Notes: a model not told the origin generated them from the sequence alone. A stretch of DNA of 64,000 nucleotides from Candidatus Latescibacterota bacterium (GCA_965217585.1 OZ244561.1:6784001-6848000); one strand, 5' to 3'. Counted from the first letter of the stretch, positions 1 through 9,816 are shown. Translations and numbers: made by a program.

Positions 1-1415
1 ACCCCGCCGCGCCGACTGTCGTACCCGCCGCCGTAGCGCGGCCCCATGCGGAAGAGTTCCCCACCCACTTCCCAGCGACCGACGTCCTTGAGCGCGTTGA
101 CGTACCACGCGACCGCCCGCCGTTGGTCGCGCTGGCCGCGCAGCACCGGGAAGCTGCGGTAGAGCAGGTTGCGCTGGTATTCGGCGCGCACCTTCAAGCC
201 GACAAACGTGGCCTCCGCGTCAAAGCCGAAAATCGTCTGGCCGGTGGAAAAGCCATGCTCAAATTCCACGGCCCGCCGATTGGAAAAATCCCGCACCTCG
301 CCCGTCGCCCGCGCCCGCGTCTCAAAGGGTGTGTTGCGCGGCGTGAACTGATTGCGCAGCGCGTCGAAAAAGGGGTGCTGTTGCGCCACCTCAATGCGGT
401 AATCGTTGGCCACCAGCGCCCGCACCCGCGCCCGGCGCGGCGCGAAATCCTCTGGTACCACAAACAGGTATTCCACCGCCTCCTCGCCGCGCACCTCCCG
501 GAAGCCATCGCCGCGCCGCCCGCCCAACACTTGCGGTTGCAAACCCGGCGCAAAGTGGTCGTCGGCCGGGTCGCTGCTGATTGTCACCTCTCCCTCCGGC
601 CCTTCCCCTTCCAACTCAAGGACAATGTCGTACACAATGGCCCCGGCCTCATCGCTTTGCGGCGAGTCGTCGCGCACGCGCACGGTAATCTCGCTCGGCG
701 GCTGCATCGCCGGATAAGGGATACCACCGCTCAAAAAGCCGCCGGAGCTGCCCCGAGCCGTGTTGGCCTGATGTTGGTTGACAAAGGTCGTGCCAAAGCG
801 TAGCACATCGCCCAGCCGGGTCTGCCAGTGGCCGGCGATATTGTACACCGGGTTTTCCTCTGTCCGCTCCAAGTAGTCAATGAGCGATCCCCGTCCTTGG
901 GCCACCGGATCGGAAAAGCTGTTGAGCGTGGGGAACAGCGAAGAGTCAAAGCCGCGCGTGGTCAGCAAGGTGATCTTGTTAGCCGGAAAGATCACATCCC
1001 AGCGCAAGCCATTAAAGCCGGCCTGCCGCAACGTCAACGGCGTAAACTCCGTGCGCACCTCGTCGCCCACGGTCAAAGACCAGTGCCACGGGCCGTAGCT
1101 GTCGTGGGCGACGATCAGGTTGTTGAGCGAGCGGTAGAGCCGGTCCTTGCGGATGCGGCTGCCGCCAGGACGCTGCTCATCCAATTCATAGACGAGGAAG
1201 CCCTCGGCGAGGAAGCGGCCGAGAAAGTCGTAGCGCGGGGCCAAGCGGATCTCGCGGCGATAGGGCCGGTACAGATCTTCGCCGTAATTGGTGTACGCGC
1301 TCAGGGGCGGGCGGCGCAAAAAGTGACGCGAGGGTTGGGCGTCGGGCAGATCGGCCGCTAGCGGATGCCCGGACAACAGCAAGGCGAGCAAAAGAATCCA
1401 GCATCGGATGTTCAT
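1..1415 (-). CDS. Exported hypothetical protein, 3' end runs off window
   Basis: ATG at 1415 with GGAGA RBS. Manual translation begins MNIRCWILLLALLLSGHPLAAD (signal peptide) and later reads TVGDEVRTEFTPLTLRQAGFNGLRWD. Its absence from the ORF track is consistent with a frame open to the window edge. Confidence 0.8.
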   Translation of the reverse strand, partial: MNIRCWILLLALLLSGHPLAADLPDAQPSRHFLRRPPLSAYTNYGEDLYRPYRREIRLAPRYDFLGRFLAEGFLVYELDEQRPGGSRIRKDRLYRSLNNLIVAHDSYGPWHWSLTVGDEVRTEFTPLTLRQAGFNGLRWDVIFPANKITLLTTRGFDSSLFPTLNSFSDPVAQGRGSLIDYLERTEENPVYNIAGHWQTRLGDVLRFGTTFVNQHQANTARGSSGGFLSGGIPYPAMQPPSEITVRVRDDSPQSDEAGAIVYDIVLELEGEGPEGEVTISSDPADDHFAPGLQPQVLGGRRGDGFREVRGEEAVEYLFVVPEDFAPRRARVRALVANDYRIEVAQQHPFFDALRNQFTPRNTPFETRARATGEVRDFSNRRAVEFEHGFSTGQTIFGFDAEATFVGLKVRAEYQRNLLYRSFPVLRGQRDQRRAVAWYVNALKDVGRWEVGGELFRMGPRYGGGYDSRRGG

Positions 1416-1427
1416 AAGAATCTCCTT

Positions 1428-1457
1428 CGTAGGGGCGACCGGCCGGTCGCCCCTACG
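1428..1457. repeat. GTAG-type REP-like perfect palindrome
   Basis: CGTAGGGGCGACCGG|CCGGTCGCCCCTACG, a perfect 30-bp inverted repeat between two genes; the GTAG-flanked GC stem resembles RAYT-associated REP elements. Confidence 0.7.
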
Positions 1458-1460
1458 GCA

Positions 1461-3113
1461 TCAATACACCACCCCGACCAAACCCGTCCACACATCCCCG
1501 CGATCGGCGTCAATTTCAACGCGCAGCAAATAATGCCCAGGCGCGACCAGCCGCCCGCTGTCGTCGCGGCCATCCCACGCCAAGCGCTTGCGCCCCGCCG
1601 CCGCCTGCCCGTCCCACAGCACCCGCCGCTGCCGTCCCGCCAAGTCGTACAGGGCCACCGTCAACGCCTGCGGGTGCTGCACCTTGGCCAAGTCGATCTG
1701 AATTTGAGCCGCACCCGAGGCCGCGTTGAAGGGATTGGGCCGCACCGACACGCCAGCGCGCGGCAGGGCGCGGGAGACCACCCCCTCTCCTACCAAAGTC
1801 CAAGCATCTTCCTCCACCGGCCGTGCGTTCTGCCAATCCACGCTATCGCCCAAGGCCACCGCCGCCCGCACCGCCAGCGTCGGCCGCAACAGCACCGACG
1901 CAAACTCCACTTCGAGCCGCCCCGACCGACTCACCTCGTGCTCGGCCCCCAACACCAACCGGATGCCTTCGTCGTTCCACACCGCCTCATACCCATCCTC
2001 CGGCAGCACCAACCCATCGAACCTCACCTCCTGCACCACGCCCGGCAGGCCGATATGCACTCGATCAAAGCCGAGATCCTCCGGGCCGATTTCCACGTCG
2101 AAGGTATAGGTGAACACGGTCTCCTCACCCAATATCGGTCGCAGCGGCGTAATGGCCCCTGCCACCGCACGGGCAAAAAGCTGTTCCCCAAAGGCGACTG
2201 CCACCTGCATGAGCCTCGGCGCACTAAGCGGATCGCGCGTTTCCATAACCGCCCGATACTGCAAAAATCGCGCTGGCTCCGGCTCGGTCAGAGCCACGCC
2301 ATCGCCGACTTCCGCTAAGTCCCAAGCTGGCACCCGGTGCCACTCGGGCCACGCCTCTCCATCGCCCGACGTGCGGAACTGCACCTGCAAAACCGTGCCC
2401 GGCGGTGTCTGTCCTGCAAACCACGCCTTGCCAAAGTTGGCTGGCTGCCCCGCGTCGAACACCTCCGACTCAAACGTCCCCTCGGCGCGGAAGCCCTCGC
2501 CGAACACTTCCACCTCGCCGATGGAGACCCAGTTGGGCGGGTCTTCCCGCGTCAGCCGCAAGCGCACAAAGCGACCCAACACCGGCAGCGCCCCCCCGTC
2601 GGCGCTGGTCTCGATCCACGTTGAATCCACCGACGTATCGACTGTCGGACGGGTGTTCTCCGCCTGTTGCGCCACCAATATCCAATCGTCAGGCGTGGCC
2701 TCCCGAGCTACTTCAAGGCGATAGCCTTTGACGAAAAACAGTGGCCGTTGGGTCACGGTCTTGCCCGGCAGAAGGCGCACTTGGCTGACGCCGCGATCAC
2801 CGCCCAAGTCGAGCCGAATCCACTTGCCCAACACTTCGACCTCGTTTTCAAAGCGCCACTCGGTGTCGGTATTGCCGTCGGTAACGCTGCGGCGACCGCT
2901 CAAGGTGTTCGGCCCGGACGAAGCCACCGCATCCAAGGCGAGGTTGACCCCGCGAAAGGAGGCCAGCGACACCCGCCCCAAGCTGTCTATCTCCGTGCCA
3001 GCAAAACGTCCAGCCGAGAAACTGTCGGCCCCCTTTTGTACCCACTCTCCAGCCATTGCTGGAGCGCAGCTCAGTACGACCATGCCGAGCCAATAACGCA
3101 TCCTACTCATCAT
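1461..3113 (-). CDS. Secreted protein with discoidin/F5-8-like domain and C-terminal FlgD-Ig-like domain
   Basis: Signal peptide (YWLGMVVLSCAPAMA); discoidin-like motifs TDGNTDTEW, WIRLDLG, RFVRLR, IGEVEVFG; C-terminal PNPFN...LYDLAGR...WDGRDDSG...PGHY. Confidence 0.8.
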   Translation of the reverse strand: MMSRMRYWLGMVVLSCAPAMAGEWVQKGADSFSAGRFAGTEIDSLGRVSLASFRGVNLALDAVASSGPNTLSGRRSVTDGNTDTEWRFENEVEVLGKWIRLDLGGDRGVSQVRLLPGKTVTQRPLFFVKGYRLEVAREATPDDWILVAQQAENTRPTVDTSVDSTWIETSADGGALPVLGRFVRLRLTREDPPNWVSIGEVEVFGEGFRAEGTFESEVFDAGQPANFGKAWFAGQTPPGTVLQVQFRTSGDGEAWPEWHRVPAWDLAEVGDGVALTEPEPARFLQYRAVMETRDPLSAPRLMQVAVAFGEQLFARAVAGAITPLRPILGEETVFTYTFDVEIGPEDLGFDRVHIGLPGVVQEVRFDGLVLPEDGYEAVWNDEGIRLVLGAEHEVSRSGRLEVEFASVLLRPTLAVRAAVALGDSVDWQNARPVEEDAWTLVGEGVVSRALPRAGVSVRPNPFNAASGAAQIQIDLAKVQHPQALTVALYDLAGRQRRVLWDGQAAAGRKRLAWDGRDDSGRLVAPGHYLLRVEIDADRGDVWTGLVGVVY

Positions 3114-3399
3114 CTATCCACGCCTCCAAGCCCCAAATCTCCAGCGACCTCTGTATGGAGGAAGGGAGCTGCTGAAAGCGCAACGTCAGACCCAGTTGTC
3201 CCAAACGGATCGCGTCTCGCCCAAGCAATGGATTGAGGCTCCGCACTTCGTTCGCCACGATGCAGACCTTCTCTACCCCCTCTTCGCCATACGATTTCAG
3301 GCACTCATGCAGGATGTCGAACTCCGTCTTATTGATATACCCCATGAGTTCGAGGGTTAAGGTTTTGCCACAGCGATGCAATGTATTAATGCGTATCAC
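3103..3399 (-). CDS. Small STAS-like domain protein
   Basis: 98 aa with STAS-like pattern TLELMGYI...L.F..LPSSIQRSLEIWGL; GGGAG RBS; stop overlaps start of next gene; conserved full paralog at 36645-36938. Confidence 0.65.
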   Translation of the reverse strand: MIRINTLHRCGKTLTLELMGYINKTEFDILHECLKSYGEEGVEKVCIVANEVRSLNPLLGRDAIRLGQLGLTLRFQQLPSSIQRSLEIWGLEAWIDDE

Positions 3400-3411
3400 A
3401 CTGACTCCCTC

Positions 3412-3548
3412 CTACACCACAATATTACCTCCAAATTATAGACCAACGGCTCCTCTGCAGTGGTGAGAAACGAGCTGTTGGCTACGTTATTCACCAAAGC
3501 CCAATCTGACTCCTGCTTGGCGATTCCCGCTCAGAAATCGGCGTAGCA
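3412..3548 (-). pseudogene. Remnant of a DUF4159 gene 3' region
   Basis: Matches 29935-30067 of the intact DUF4159 paralog (e.g. ctcctgcttggcgattcccg); near-identical remnant at ~27997-28070. Confidence 0.7.
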
Positions 3549-3568
3549 TCACCTCCATATTTTGTCCT

Positions 3569-4774
3569 TTACATTCGGCTGCTCGTCCTCAGTAGCTTTT
3601 CTACGAACTCAACCTTGTCGTCTAGCTGGAGTTCGCGGTATAGTTCCAGTGCTTGCCGCCACTGAAGTAAGGCATCAAAAGGAGCCTGATTCGATTCATA
3701 GACCCTTCCCAAGCTAACTCTAACGTCGGCTACGGCCTCCAAGTCCGACACTTTCTCAAACAGTTGCACCGCCTGCCGATACGCCTCCTCAGCCGCCTTA
3801 AAGTTTTCAACGTCCATATAGACATTGCCCAAAAGAGCTGCTTGTATCCCCCCGCTTTTGTTGTCCCCGATCTCGCCAAACAGTCCTCTAGCCTGCTGGA
3901 ACAACGCCGCAGCTTCTCGCGTGTCGCCTTTCTCCCCGAGCACCTGCCCCAGACCGCTCGTGGTGCGGGCTTCAAACAGTCTATTGCCCAATTTTTGTTG
4001 GGTGGCCAACGTCCGACGGTACATTTCTTCTGCCTCATCAAATCGACCCGCCTGTCTATATACGCCTCCCAAGACGCTGTAATGATGAGCCAACCCCTCG
4101 TCGCGCTGGAGTTGCTCTTCAGCCGCAATGCCTTTTTTGAGGATGGCTTCGGCCTCGGCTAAACGATTCTGTTCGAGATAGGCCATCCCCAGGCCCTGAT
4201 AGTGGCCGGAAATACCCGGCATATCGCCGAGTTCTTGGCACACGTTCAGTCCCTGCTGGAAGTAAGCTTCGGCCTCCTCTGGTTTGTTCTGCTGGAGTGC
4301 CAACTGGCCCAAGTTGCCGCATTCTTCGGCCCAATAGGCTCTATTTCCCAACGCCTCGTGGAGTTGCTGAGCGCGCATGTGGAGTTCTTGCGCCTCTGCG
4401 ACTTTTCCTTGGAGATGGGCGACAAAGCCTCTGTTGCTATAGCTGACGGCCAGACGCTCCTCATCGCGGCGATCCCTATTGATCTCAAAGGCTTTATTGA
4501 GATAGTCAACTGCCTCATCCATCTGCCCCATGACTTGGTACATAAGTCCCAAGCCGCTACACGCATCGGCTTCCATCTCCCAATCCTGCCACTGCCGTGC
4601 TTTCGCAAGGGCTCGTTGATACAGGACTTCAGCCTTGTGGAGTTCACCTTGTTCCTTGTAATAGCGGCCCAAAAGGAGACAAGCCTTCGCTTGGGTGCGT
4701 ACATCGCGATTTTGTGCGACCCGCGCCCGCTGTATCTCTATGTCTCGTTCGGGAATTAACGGAATGATTTCCAT
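3569..4774 (-). CDS. Tetratricopeptide repeat protein
   Basis: 401 aa of ~40-aa TPR units (LG..Y...G...EA...Y..AL); no signal peptide. Confidence 0.92.
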   Translation of the reverse strand: MEIIPLIPERDIEIQRARVAQNRDVRTQAKACLLLGRYYKEQGELHKAEVLYQRALAKARQWQDWEMEADACSGLGLMYQVMGQMDEAVDYLNKAFEINRDRRDEERLAVSYSNRGFVAHLQGKVAEAQELHMRAQQLHEALGNRAYWAEECGNLGQLALQQNKPEEAEAYFQQGLNVCQELGDMPGISGHYQGLGMAYLEQNRLAEAEAILKKGIAAEEQLQRDEGLAHHYSVLGGVYRQAGRFDEAEEMYRRTLATQQKLGNRLFEARTTSGLGQVLGEKGDTREAAALFQQARGLFGEIGDNKSGGIQAALLGNVYMDVENFKAAEEAYRQAVQLFEKVSDLEAVADVRVSLGRVYESNQAPFDALLQWRQALELYRELQLDDKVEFVEKLLRTSSRM

Positions 4775-4820
4775 ACCTCGCAGTGCCCTCCTCAGTTATA
4801 GTATCACGACAAAACATCTC

Positions 4821-6134
4821 TCAGTCCGCATCGACTAATTGCCGTGCCAATGATCCCTCGCGCGTCAACGCATACACCACGAGATTCACGCCGAGGTCAT
4901 AGACCGGCAACTCATCCGCCCCCGTGACAAAACGACCGCCGATAAAGCTCTCGCGGATCCGCTCGGCCTCGCCGGCGAACAGGTCCGCGTAGTTCTTTTG
5001 TGAGTAAACCCCCACGATGCGGCCATCCACCTCAATGCCCTCCAAGTAATTGGGCGACAATTCAAAGCGATACTCACTATGCCAAAACCAGATGTCCCAG
5101 AAGCCGCGCGGCAGAGAGTCCACGTCGTAGAAGCAATGGTAGAGCGGGTGCTCGGGCGGCAACCGCACAAAAGACCAATCTTTGTGTTCGGCGTAGTCAA
5201 TCTGCTGAAAGGCTTGGCGAATGAAATCGCGCAACGCCGGCAGGTCGTGCTGATAGCTGCCAGCGAGAGAGACAGGTTGGGAGATAATATCCGCATAGAG
5301 GAACCCACCCGAGATTAGATAACGGCCCAGATTTTTGGCTTCGACTTGGGTGAAGGAGACTTCGCCCCGAACCGTCAGCAGTAGAAACGGCACCTGCATC
5401 AGCAGCGGGTCATCTAAGGCGACGCCGTCGAGTACTTCGGTATGCACGCCGGTGCGCTCGCTCATTTTGTCGGCTAGGTTCTGCAGCATGCGCCGCTCGG
5501 AAATGCTGCGCGACCACCCCCCGCTGCGCTCCGAACGCGAGCTGGCGTCGGCGCGTTCGAGTGCTTCGCTGTGGATGCCCGATAAGTAGAGAAAACCCTT
5601 GAGTTTGCGCCGGTCTTTTGGATCAACCACTACCATCGCCCGGTGCCGACCCGTATCCATCGCCTCTACATCCATCAGTTCCAAGGACAAGTCAATCTCG
5701 TCAGCCCCCTGCCGCGTTCCTTGCAACGCCCCAGCGCGCAGTTGCGGCCCAATGTGCCGAGCGGGGAAATCCGGCACTGGCAGCACCAGTCGATCCGGCA
5801 GTGCCGCCGTCGGCAGCCGCAGAGCCGATGACTTGAACACCGGCAACGGACGCGACGCCGAGGGGGCCGGCCGCACGGCAGCCACCGGGGCAGCTTGAAG
5901 GGCGGGACGGCGCACCAATGGGCGTTGCATGGGCCGTTGGCGGCGGGTGAGGGTGCGCTGCGGCGGCGGACGCTTGGTAAACTTGAGCATGATCGGCGGC
6001 AGCACGGGGTATTGCGTAACCTGCTCGCGGTGCGTGATGCCGAAAATCACCAGCAGATGCAAGGCCAGCGACAACACCAAGCAGCTTTGCAGCTTTCTAT
6101 TCTTTCGGAACGGGACTTTCCACGGCCGTTTCAT
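4821..6134 (-). CDS. DUF4159 domain protein with N-terminal membrane anchor and Pro-rich linker
   Basis: TM segment CLVLSLALHLLVIFG and Pro/Arg-rich stalk; DUF4159-like motifs PFLLLT, NLGRYLISGGFLYAD, HPLYHCFYD, YLEGIEVDGR, LGVNLVVYALT; start placed at MKRPWK by paralog comparison. Confidence 0.85.
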   Translation of the reverse strand: MKRPWKVPFRKNRKLQSCLVLSLALHLLVIFGITHREQVTQYPVLPPIMLKFTKRPPPQRTLTRRQRPMQRPLVRRPALQAAPVAAVRPAPSASRPLPVFKSSALRLPTAALPDRLVLPVPDFPARHIGPQLRAGALQGTRQGADEIDLSLELMDVEAMDTGRHRAMVVVDPKDRRKLKGFLYLSGIHSEALERADASSRSERSGGWSRSISERRMLQNLADKMSERTGVHTEVLDGVALDDPLLMQVPFLLLTVRGEVSFTQVEAKNLGRYLISGGFLYADIISQPVSLAGSYQHDLPALRDFIRQAFQQIDYAEHKDWSFVRLPPEHPLYHCFYDVDSLPRGFWDIWFWHSEYRFELSPNYLEGIEVDGRIVGVYSQKNYADLFAGEAERIRESFIGGRFVTGADELPVYDLGVNLVVYALTREGSLARQLVDAD

Positions 6135-6162
6135 CTGCTTATGCCCTCTCTTTTCGGCAGAG

Positions 6163-7608
6163 TCACCCATTCAATCGTCCGTCTTTGTCTGGTTGGACAG
6201 AATCCGCCCGGTCAAAGACCACCTCACTGCCCTGTCGGACGTGTGGCAGACCGCGACTCAGGTTGCGGTGGAGCAAGGTGCGGAGCTCCTCGACGCCGAG
6301 GTTGGCCGGGGTGCTCAGGTTGAGGTAGTGGAGAAATTCGGGCTCGGGCATCCGATAGGCCGGCTCGATCTGGTGAGCGGAACGCTGGGCGACAAAAAAG
6401 GCGTCCACTGCATCGGCCGCGGCCTCGCCCCCATCCAATTCTCCAATATGTGCGGCAAGGGCTTGGCAACGCGGAGCGAATTCGTCGCTCCGAGATAGAA
6501 GATCGTCTATGGCCTCTAACAGGGGGTCCATCTGAAGAAACTCATCCCAGTTGAGCTTGCATCCCAAGCCAAGGTCGCGCACTCGGTTGAGGTGGTACTC
6601 CTCGTCCAACTTCTCGGGAGTGCCGATCACGGGCACACCTTGGCGCAAAGCATGGTAGATGGAACCAATGCCGCCCACACCAACGAAGAGAGCAGCACGT
6701 GCCAACACCCAAGCCGCCGGCACAAAGTCAACGACGCGGATATTGGGAGCCTCTATTTGTCCTGACCAACGACCGGCCGTGGTCACCAAGACGCGGTAGG
6801 GCTTGTTGGCCATGCGGTGTAGTGCCTCGTCGAGAAAGCCGAGATAAGCACCGGTGCTACCGCAATTGAAATAGACCAGCGGTAACGGATCGTCCCAATC
6901 GTCCAATTCCGCGATGGGGCGGGGCGGCGGCGACTCGATCAGTGGCCCCACATAGCAGTAGGAAGGAGTCTGTTCGCCCAGTGGATGGAATTGGGGCACA
7001 TCGGCGACCAAGTGGAGGGTATGGTGCGGCTTGAAGGTTGATATGTTGTCGCGAGCGTATTCGTCGAATGGCTCGGTGCCCAAGGAAAAGGTGGTGGGCA
7101 GGCGAATGGGAAACGGATAGTCCGGTTGGTTGTAGGCCGCCTCTATCAGGGCTATATCCATCCCCTCAAGAGAGGCGGTGAGCGGCAAGGTGGGCCGCAT
7201 GTCTGCCAGCGCGAGGGCGGGGCAAAGTTGCCGGATAAGGGTGCGTTCGGCTTGCACACAACGATCTATCCACTCCGCATTGTAATAGCCGTAGTCGCCG
7301 CGGGCCACGTACTCGTCCATGCGGCTTTGCGGCATGGTTTCTACTTCGTAAACCTGAAACCCTTCGGCGGCGATCCGGTCTGCGTGAGGCCCCACTCCCG
7401 CGAATTCCACGGGATACCCGCGCACTCGTAGAGCTCGTCCTACGACCAGAGGGCGGATGGTGTGGGCCAAGCTATAGCCGTGAAAAAAGATCAGTACTGG
7501 ACATTCGTGGCGCGGTAGGCCCTCAACCGTGCCGACCCGTTGCAGACGGACGCTCAAATGTTCCAAGCCAGCCGCTAGGTGTTGGCGCAATTTCTTCAGC
7601 ATGTCCAC
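6163..7608 (-). CDS. GT-B fold glycosyltransferase (GT1/MGT-like); C-terminus possibly truncated or fused
   Basis: N-terminal LAHTIRP; C-terminal PLVYFNCGS, NIRVVDFVP, FVGVGGIGSIYHALRQGVPVI nucleotide-sugar binding signature. Confidence 0.85.
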   Translation of the reverse strand: MDMLKKLRQHLAAGLEHLSVRLQRVGTVEGLPRHECPVLIFFHGYSLAHTIRPLVVGRALRVRGYPVEFAGVGPHADRIAAEGFQVYEVETMPQSRMDEYVARGDYGYYNAEWIDRCVQAERTLIRQLCPALALADMRPTLPLTASLEGMDIALIEAAYNQPDYPFPIRLPTTFSLGTEPFDEYARDNISTFKPHHTLHLVADVPQFHPLGEQTPSYCYVGPLIESPPPRPIAELDDWDDPLPLVYFNCGSTGAYLGFLDEALHRMANKPYRVLVTTAGRWSGQIEAPNIRVVDFVPAAWVLARAALFVGVGGIGSIYHALRQGVPVIGTPEKLDEEYHLNRVRDLGLGCKLNWDEFLQMDPLLEAIDDLLSRSDEFAPRCQALAAHIGELDGGEAAADAVDAFFVAQRSAHQIEPAYRMPEPEFLHYLNLSTPANLGVEELRTLLHRNLSRGLPHVRQGSEVVFDRADSVQPDKDGRLNG

Positions 7609-7623
7609 TCCAAGCTCGTGCGT

Positions 7624-9816
7624 CTATTCGAGTTTGACCATCTTGCGGATGCGCGTCTGCTCGCCTTGGTGTAGCCGCACCAGATAGACCCCAGCGGCGA
7701 CGGATTGCCCCTGTGCATCCCGACCATCCCAAGCCAGTCGGTGTTCGCCCGCCGCCAAGGGGCCATTCCACACTTGATGCACTGGCTGCCCCAAGACGTT
7801 GTAGATCGTTAAATCCACATCGCCAGCACCAGCCACCACCGATACGGGGATGGTCGTGGCCGGATTGAACGGGTTGGGATAGTTGGCACCAAGGACAAAG
7901 GCTGAGGGCGTGGTCGCCGTCTCGGCGGCGATAGCGGTAGCGGCTGGTACGCCTTGGTTGAGAAAGACGAAGGCCCCGCCATCGTCACCTTCCACACTCT
8001 GCCCCAACACCACCAAATCGGTCGCCCCATCGCCGTTGACATCGCCCGCGAGCACTTGATCGCCCATGCCCGGCAGGGGGTAGCGCCCTTCGACGACGGG
8101 CACCCCATCGCGCTGACCGACCAAGACGATCAGTGCCGGACCCGTCGCCGGGTTGATATCGACCACGGCCAAGTCCTGCAGACCATCGCCGGTCAGGTCA
8201 CTGGCAACGACCCCACCACCACCAGAATACGGATTCGACACGAGCACCTGCGGACCGAGCAGGGTGTGGCGTTCCACCTCGCCCGAGGCGTCCACCCGCC
8301 ACAGCACCAAACCGTGGTAGGTGGTGCGAAAATCAAAGTCGAAGAATAGATCGCGCTCGGACGTCCCAACCAACTCCACCGCCCCATCCCCATCCAAGTC
8401 GGTGAGCAGGCGCAGGTCACAGAGATTGACCTCGGCGTCAAAAAACAGCGGCGGTGGCTGGCTGGCCGCCCACGGCTGGGTCAGACGCCAAGCCCCCTGC
8501 TTGCACGATCGGGTCCACAACACGCGCACGGGCTCGCCCTCCGGTTGCCCTGCCAGCAGCCAAGGAAAGAGCTCTTCTTCGGTGTCGAGGTCAAACCGAT
8601 CGCTGTGGGCAAACCCAGCCGCGCCGTCATTGACCCACATAGTCACGTTGGACCATCGGTCGTCGAGGTCCTCGACGACCACCAGGTCCACATCGCCATC
8701 GCCGTCGCCATCGACTAGGCCACCGAACGAGACGTCGGATAGCTGCAGGATGGTTTCAAAGCCATTCTCGCCTCGGTTGTGCCACAATTCGAGGGCCAGA
8801 CCTTCACGAAAGGCCAGATCAAGCAGCCCATCCCCGTCCAAATCGCCCCCATCAAGCTCCCGCAACCTGCTTTCTGATAAAAGCACCTGTCGGGTGGGAA
8901 TCAAGCCGCCCAAACCGTCGCTGGACGCTACCGTCCAGCCCGATTGGCCCGTCCTCTCAAACGTCTCTTCGGTCACTTTGACGGTCGTGAAGTATAGCCA
9001 GACCACCACCAGATCGGCATCCCCATCGCCGTCCACATCGCCCAAAACACCTTGCGATAGTCCCTCACCGATACCCCGGCCCAGCACAGAAAAACGCGGG
9101 GCAGCGAACAACGCCCCGGGCAACCCGGCCGCGGCGTGTTCCCGAGGCTGCAATTCCCCCAGCAGCAACTCTTCGGCCCCCTCCAGTTGAATCCAATCCA
9201 CTTCGACAAAGGCCGGATGATCGGCCGGACTCTGTGGGTTTGAGTTTAACACGAGCTTGAGTTGCAAGTGGAAGAGGGTGTCTTGCCAAACGAGCGCGGT
9301 ATCCGCCCAGATGGTCGCAATCGGCTCTTGTCGTCTCGCTTCCAAACCGGCTTCCAAGGCGCGTATATCTATGGTGATGTTTTCCCATTCGATGGGATAG
9401 TATTGATAACGGCCCGTATAAAGCCCCGACAGGTCGGGCATTGCGCTTGGGTCCGCTTCCTGCTTGCGGCGTCTGGACTCGACATTGGACCAGTGCATCA
9501 GGAGGGTTCCCCCGGTAGGGCGATCATGGATGATGCGCAGCCGGAGGGTGACCCGGTCGAACAGGGCCGAGTCTTCCCCAATCAGCGGCGAGAGCAAGTT
9601 AATGGCCGGTCGTTGCGCGTTCGGCACCGGCGCAATGCGCCAGACGCCGTCTTCTACTTCGCTGTACACCGCGGTGGGAGTACCTCCACTGAGACTGCCT
9701 AAGTCGCTCTCGTGGGCGGTCCAGCCCCACGTGGTGCCCTCGTCAAAATCCCACGTTAAAGCCAAGGCTCCCAGCGGAGCCGACAACAATCCTATTGTAA
9801 TGAGCAAGCAGCGCAT
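7624..9816 (-). CDS. Secreted FG-GAP/VCBS repeat protein, CBM-like N-terminus, FlgD-Ig/T9SS-like CTD (KMVKLE class)
   Basis: Signal peptide; WDFDEGTTWGW...EVDWIQL domain; multiple GDxDGDGxxDL repeats; LGANYPNPFNP...WDGRD...GVY...RKMVKLE. Confidence 0.9.
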   Translation of the reverse strand: MRCLLITIGLLSAPLGALALTWDFDEGTTWGWTAHESDLGSLSGGTPTAVYSEVEDGVWRIAPVPNAQRPAINLLSPLIGEDSALFDRVTLRLRIIHDRPTGGTLLMHWSNVESRRRKQEADPSAMPDLSGLYTGRYQYYPIEWENITIDIRALEAGLEARRQEPIATIWADTALVWQDTLFHLQLKLVLNSNPQSPADHPAFVEVDWIQLEGAEELLLGELQPREHAAAGLPGALFAAPRFSVLGRGIGEGLSQGVLGDVDGDGDADLVVVWLYFTTVKVTEETFERTGQSGWTVASSDGLGGLIPTRQVLLSESRLRELDGGDLDGDGLLDLAFREGLALELWHNRGENGFETILQLSDVSFGGLVDGDGDGDVDLVVVEDLDDRWSNVTMWVNDGAAGFAHSDRFDLDTEEELFPWLLAGQPEGEPVRVLWTRSCKQGAWRLTQPWAASQPPPLFFDAEVNLCDLRLLTDLDGDGAVELVGTSERDLFFDFDFRTTYHGLVLWRVDASGEVERHTLLGPQVLVSNPYSGGGGVVASDLTGDGLQDLAVVDINPATGPALIVLVGQRDGVPVVEGRYPLPGMGDQVLAGDVNGDGATDLVVLGQSVEGDDGGAFVFLNQGVPAATAIAAETATTPSAFVLGANYPNPFNPATTIPVSVVAGAGDVDLTIYNVLGQPVHQVWNGPLAAGEHRLAWDGRDAQGQSVAAGVYLVRLHQGEQTRIRKMVKLE

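Noticed and set aside
123-2731. Long plus-strand ORFs (123-803, 828-1361, 1365-2318 and similar ones window-wide, e.g. 52120-53169)
   Set aside because: Antisense shadows of well-supported minus-strand genes in GC-rich DNA; no recognisable motifs
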